This document shows, piece after piece, positions 59,609 to 64,000 of a DNA stretch of 64,000 nt (positions within the stretch are counted from its first letter, which is position 1; each line of letters opens with the position of its first letter). Below the pieces are notes generated by a model. It saw only the letters and a program-made list of their open reading frames with translations, ran no database searches and was not told the DNA's origin. This stretch comes from Coraliomargarita sp. Lineage in GTDB: Bacteria; Verrucomicrobiota; Verrucomicrobiia; Opitutales; Coraliomargaritaceae. Location of the stretch: NCBI GenBank assembly GCA_965216325.1, contig OZ244160.1:416001-480000 (forward strand). The letters run 5' to 3'. The position numbers and the translations under genes were made by a program.

Positions 59609-60842
59609 GCGATCTCCGATCTATGTCTATGCGGATTGGCAGGGTCTTGCGGAGCCTGCTTTGATGGGGGTGGTGCATCGTTCCGTAGTACGCGGGGAGG
59701 AAGTGCTTGCGTTTGAGTATGAGCAAGAATGGTTGAAACAGGCAGAAGCCTTGCTGCTTGATCCCCGTCTGCAGCTGGTTCAGGGGCGTCAATACCCCGA
59801 TGCGTCCGGTGTATTGGGTCTTCTGACTGACTCTGCTCCGGATCGCTGGGGGCGGTTGTTGATTCAGCGTCGAGCGGCCTTAGAGAGAGAGCCAACGAGC
59901 TTGCATGAGTCCGACTATGTACTCGCAGTTGCGGATACTTGCCGAATGGGCGGTTTGCGCTTCAAGTTGGATTCGGATGGTGCTTTTCTCGCCGAAGATG
60001 AAGCACTTTCAGTGCCTCCAATGCATATGCTTCGAGAGTTGGAACAGGCGTCTCTTCACTTTGAAGCGGCAGATTCGGAAGACCCGCATTATGTGCAATG
60101 GCTGCAAATGTTGCTCGCTCCGGGTACTTCTCTCGGAGGCGCGCGACCTAAAGCCAGTGTGCTGGATCCCGATGGCAATCTGTGGGTGGCAAAGTTCCCT
60201 AGCCGCAACGACGAATACGATGTCGGAGCATGGGAGGGTGTGGTCACGCAGCTTGCACAGCAGGCTGGACTCAATATCGTGTCTGCCAGAGTGGAAAAAT
60301 TCTCAGGTGCCGGTCGCACTTTTCTGAGTCAGCGCTTTGATCGGCGGGGGCAAAGACGAGTGCATTTCGCTTCGGCAATGTGCCTGTTGGGCTATCAGGA
60401 TGGGGACGGCGCGAAAACCGGAGCCAGCTATCTGGATTTGGTTGATTTAATCGAGCGCTACGGTGCCGATGTGGAAACAGATCTTGCAGAATTGTGGAAG
60501 AGAATCGTGTTCAACATTTGGATACACAACACGGATGATCATTTGCGAAACCATGGTTTTCTGCTCGGGGAATCTGGCTGGAGGCTATCGCCTGCCTATG
60601 ACTTAAACCCTCATCCTTGGGCAGGGGGACTTGCTTTAAATGTGGATGATGTCAGTAATGCATGTGATCTGGATTTAGCCCGGTCGGTCGGGCGCTATTT
60701 TCGACTCTCAGATCGGCAGCAGGCGGCTTATATCAATGAAGTCCGAGAGGCGGTTGCCGGCTGGAATTCTATCGCAGAGAGCATGGGAATCAGTCGTGGA
60801 GAGATCGAGCGAATGCGTGTGGCGTTTGAAACCGGAGGCTGA
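59601..60842 (+). CDS. hipA: HipA family serine/threonine kinase toxin
   Basis: DSAPDRWGR, GTSLGGARPKA, AKFP, RFDR, NTDDHLRNHGF, LSPAYDLNP. Confidence 0.93.
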   Translation: MAERSPIYVYADWQGLAEPALMGVVHRSVVRGEEVLAFEYEQEWLKQAEALLLDPRLQLVQGRQYPDASGVLGLLTDSAPDRWGRLLIQRRAALEREPTSLHESDYVLAVADTCRMGGLRFKLDSDGAFLAEDEALSVPPMHMLRELEQASLHFEAADSEDPHYVQWLQMLLAPGTSLGGARPKASVLDPDGNLWVAKFPSRNDEYDVGAWEGVVTQLAQQAGLNIVSARVEKFSGAGRTFLSQRFDRRGQRRVHFASAMCLLGYQDGDGAKTGASYLDLVDLIERYGADVETDLAELWKRIVFNIWIHNTDDHLRNHGFLLGESGWRLSPAYDLNPHPWAGGLALNVDDVSNACDLDLARSVGRYFRLSDRQQAAYINEVREAVAGWNSIAESMGISRGEIERMRVAFETGG

Positions 60843-61139
60843 ATGCTTTGATGTTCACGGATCCAGGCATGTTTCGCACAGGCCAATCATAGCACGGCGA
60901 ATACTTGCGGTGCCCGTTATCTGAAAATTTAACGCGATGAGTAACTGTTATTGCTACGCCATCTCCGGCAAGCCTACGTCTGCGCTTTGCTGGCAGATGT
61001 GTCGTCGCTATCACTCCTCGGTACTGGGCTATGAACCCAAAAAAAAGGGGGGGCAACCATAAGTCAGGGGCCGCAACACCTGCGATCTCTCTCAAGGAGT
61101 GTTGATTTTAGTCTGTCAAAGGATGGTAGGGGCAGGCGG

Positions 61140-61187
61140 ATACGGTCGATTGACCGTGTTTTCAAGCTGCCCTTTTTCTGCTATCGT
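61140..61187 (+). promoter_or_regulatory. Palindromic operator 15 plus promoter
   Basis: ATACGGTCGATTGACCGTGT at 61140-61159; -35 TTTTCA, 17 bp, TGn-TATCGT. Confidence 0.8.
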
Positions 61188-61263
61188 GCAGGATGTATCG
61201 GAGCGTCGCCGCTGCTTAAATAAACCCCCATACGGCTACCATTTACAAAAAAAAGACACCCCT

Positions 61264-64000
61264 ATGAAAAGATTTTTGCTCACACTCTTGTTCGCCCTCG
61301 CAACGCTAGGGCTCAGCCACGCGGACACCACCAAGGTACTCATTATTGGCTCGGATTACGACCTCGGCGATAAGTATGGATCCGACTCTGCTGCGTTTTC
61401 ACCCACTGCCATTGCAAGCGAACTCGATGAAATACTTACCAAAAACGGCCCCGGCAATGCCACGGTCACGGTGGAGGAACGCTATAATCATTATAATCCA
61501 ACTGGGTTTGTATATAATGGCCATACATTTGGGTCGAGATCTTACAACTTGACTGGATGGTTCCACTATCCGCTCCCAGCCGGTGCGGAAGAAGCTCGCT
61601 GGGCGAACCTGCGTGGAGAAGGCGGCACTGTCTGGGATTATGTCGTGATTATTGGCGACCCCTATACCATTGAAAAGACTCCCGGTATGTACGCCCAGGG
61701 GGTGGCAAAAGTAGCCGAAGAAGTTGCCAAGGGAGCCGATCCTGCGGAAGTCATCCTATTGATGAACTGGCCGGCATCCGCATCTTCATCCAGCGTGGCT
61801 CACTACAAGGAGGTTGTTTACCGCACCGGTCGCTCTGGCGGCTACAAGGTGGCACCTGCTGCCCTGGCATGGGAGGCAGCCGGTTCTCCAAGCGGTGGCA
61901 GTCACCCGAATGCGGACGGCGCCTATATCGCCGCAGCTTCCATCTACAGCCGTATCTACAATCAAAGCGCCTCGAATTCGGGTTACACCTATGACGACAC
62001 TTTGGCTGATACCGTGCAAACGACGGTTGCAGCCAACGTTGGTCAGCCTCAATACTCCGGTGATTTTAACTTTATCAATCCCTATCTTATGCTTGGCGAC
62101 AAGCGTCGGGATGTGCATTTCAGTGAAAATGGCACTAGTACAGAAGAGGATTTCAAGAACGCTGCCAAATCCGCAATGGACCGAATTGGGGTTACCTATA
62201 ACACAATCGATTACTGCCCAAACGGCAGTTCTTCATCGGCCACTTACAACAGCAATACCCCGGAGGACGACGGCCTGGGCTGGCCTGTCGGCAATGAGAT
62301 GCCTATTGCTTGGAATCATGGACGATCCTACCCAGACGGCAGAATCAAGCTGAATCCAGATTACTGGCAGCTGGGTCTTGGCTTTGAATATCAATGGAAT
62401 ACCACCGCCTATTCCACTGAAATCGCCAACGATCACTACATCGCCATGATGGATTATTACGATACCAACCGGGCAAATGACAGGCTCGCAGATGCCGCGA
62501 TAGGGGCACGTTGGATGCCTACCCGCATGCTCTGGGCTCAATTTCATAAAGAATATCCGGACAGTAACCCAATGCGGGATAGCAACCACCTCAACTGGGA
62601 CCAGACCCATGCGATCGGCACCTACATGTACACGCTCTACTCCGGACGTTGCCCGCTGGATCCGGAGCCCTCACCCATGACCTCGGGCTGGATGGCACAA
62701 AAGATCGGTTATGAGACAGCCTGGCGTATGGGGCGTTGCCAGACCCGTGCTCCGGGATTCAAGGTGATGCCATCTGCAGCATCGGCAAAAACGGTCACGC
62801 CAACCAGCTCGGACACCATGTCCGTTCAGTTCATCATGGCGCCGACCCATGACGTCACCGTCAACATCGCCTCGAGCGACGTTCTAAAAGGCAAAGTCAG
62901 CCCAAGCCAGCTTACCTTCACACCAGAGAACTACAATGTACCACAGACGGTCACTGTCATTGGAGAAACCGGAGTTGCCGGCTCCTTCGAATTTGATGCT
63001 CAGTTCAGCACCACATCAACCGATCCGGTTTACGATGGCCTCTCCGACACCTGGACCTACACCAACAACCGTACCCAAGGTCTAAGTCAGGTTTTAGGCA
63101 ATGATGTCGTTATAGAAACCGGCGACACGACCCCGGATCTTACGGACGGCACCGACTTCGGTTATGTGGATGCCTCGCTCACCAAGGTGTTCACCATTTT
63201 TAACCAGTCCGCTACCGATACCGTTAATCTCACAGATTCACCTCGTGTCACCCTCTCCGACGCATCCGGTAACTTCACACTGACGCAAGATGCCGCTTCC
63301 GGGGCGATTGCGCCGCTTGGATCGACCACTTTTAGCATCACCTATGATGCCACTGCCGATTTAAGCGGAGGCCTGCACACAGCTACAGTCTCTATCTCCA
63401 GCTCAGACCCACTTCTCCCAACATACACCTTTACCGTTCAGGCCCTTAGTCCCGGACAACCTACGGTGATTAATGCAGGGAGCACCCCTGGCCAGCTCAG
63501 CGCCACACTTGAGGGACAGCTGAGTGTCGGTAGCATGGCCGATGTCATTATTTACTGGGGCACTACTGATGGTGGCACCACTCCCGAAAACTGGGAGAAT
63601 GCGCAATCATTCACTGCAGTAACTGAGGGGAATAACTTTTCAGCAGAGCTGACCGGCCTGGTTGCTGGACGACAATACTACTACCGTGTTTTTGCCAGCA
63701 ATTCCAAGGGCGAAGCATGGTCCGAATCCACTGAACTGTTCATGACTGAGGCGCCTGTAGCACTGCCGAGCACCCCGGTTCGCTGGGGAGCTCCAATAAT
63801 GTATTGGAGTATTGAGGAACTTAGTCCAGCTCTCTGGCTTGACGCTTCAGACGCCTCGACGATCACCCAAAGCGGTGGTGCGGTTTCTCAGTGGGCAGAC
63901 AAGAGTGCAAATAATAATCACGCATACCAGGGCACAGCAGAACGCCAGCCCACCTTGAATGGTGATCAGATAGACTTTGATGGTGGTGATATATTGTCTG
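61264..64000 (+). CDS. Large modular secreted protein, runs off the window and is absent from the ORF track: SGNH-like N-terminus, choice-of-anchor D-like, FN3-like and LamG-like domains
   Basis: ATG 61264 MKRFLLTLLFALATLGLSHA; frame open in every segment read up to 64000; HPNADGAYIAAASIY, GTDFG..FTIFN, LEGQL...YWGTTDGGT, PALWLDASD...VSQWADKS. Confidence 0.85.
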   Translation, partial: MKRFLLTLLFALATLGLSHADTTKVLIIGSDYDLGDKYGSDSAAFSPTAIASELDEILTKNGPGNATVTVEERYNHYNPTGFVYNGHTFGSRSYNLTGWFHYPLPAGAEEARWANLRGEGGTVWDYVVIIGDPYTIEKTPGMYAQGVAKVAEEVAKGADPAEVILLMNWPASASSSSVAHYKEVVYRTGRSGGYKVAPAALAWEAAGSPSGGSHPNADGAYIAAASIYSRIYNQSASNSGYTYDDTLADTVQTTVAANVGQPQYSGDFNFINPYLMLGDKRRDVHFSENGTSTEEDFKNAAKSAMDRIGVTYNTIDYCPNGSSSSATYNSNTPEDDGLGWPVGNEMPIAWNHGRSYPDGRIKLNPDYWQLGLGFEYQWNTTAYSTEIANDHYIAMMDYYDTNRANDRLADAAIGARWMPTRMLWAQFHKEYPDSNPMRDSNHLNWDQTHAIGTYMYTLYSGRCPLDPEPSPMTSGWMAQKIGYETAWRMGRCQTRAPGFKVMPSAASAKTVTPTSSDTMSVQFIMAPTHDVTVNIASSDVLKGKVSPSQLTFTPENYNVPQTVTVIGETGVAGSFEFDAQFSTTSTDPVYDGLSDTWTYTNNRTQGLSQVLGNDVVIETGDTTPDLTDGTDFGYVDASLTKVFTIFNQSATDTVNLTDSPRVTLSDASGNFTLTQDAASGAIAPLGSTTFSITYDATADLSGGLHTATVSISSSDPLLPTYTFTVQALSPGQPTVINAGSTPGQLSATLEGQLSVGSMADVIIYWGTTDGGTTPENWENAQSFTAVTEGNNFSAELTGLVAGRQYYYRVFASNSKGEAWSESTELFMTEAPVALPSTPVRWGAPIMYWSIEELSPALWLDASDASTITQSGGAVSQWADKSANNNHAYQGTAERQPTLNGDQIDFDGGDILS

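Noticed and set aside
8083..61159. The 20-bp palindrome as an integron attC or recombination site
   Set aside because: It lacks the RYYYAAC...GTTRRRY attC structure, lies inside rather than at the ends of the duplicated segments, and is rigidly phased with -35/-10 boxes; no integrase is in the window. Not fully excluded.
203..63866. Many 60-370-aa ORFs antisense to or overlapping the called genes (e.g. 17364..18464-, 12243..13016-, 41858..42595-, 61814..62353+)
   Set aside because: Shadow frames of real CDSs with no recognisable motifs.
1..64000. tRNA, rRNA or riboswitch genes
   Set aside because: None recognised by eye; an Infernal/Rfam scan would be needed to exclude small ncRNAs.

Overview
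This is an accessory polysaccharide-degradation region. The gene content (PEP-CTERM proteins, a Verrucomicrobia-type PilX-like pair, Tat-exported Gfo/Idh/MocA oxidoreductases with DUF1080 partners) suggests a marine Verrucomicrobiota bacterium, Coraliomargarita/Lentimonas-like (inference). It encodes fucosidase-type hydrolases (GH95, two GH29, GH141-like), three long S1 sulfatases plus two sulfatase fragments, GH63-like and GH127/146-like hydrolases, and ThuA. It also carries two very large modular secreted proteins, a NarL-type two-component system, seven PEP-CTERM genes, hipBA and many IS/MITE remnants. Three non-obvious signals stand out. (1) A 20-bp palindrome, ACACGGTCRWTTGACCGTGT, occurs 15 times; in 14 copies its last base is the first base of a sigma70-like -35 box with a matched -10, which points to a dedicated regulon. 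(2) A same-orientation motif, GTGTTTTTAGGGACAGGCTATAAWAAGAGTC, occurs 16 times and sits at truncation and duplication breakpoints. (3) Secreted and PEP-CTERM genes show module shuffling: constant promoter, signal peptide and sorting tail with swapped cores, and a PEP-CTERM domain captured in frame inside a 2712-aa protein. All family assignments come from motif recognition by eye, not database searches.
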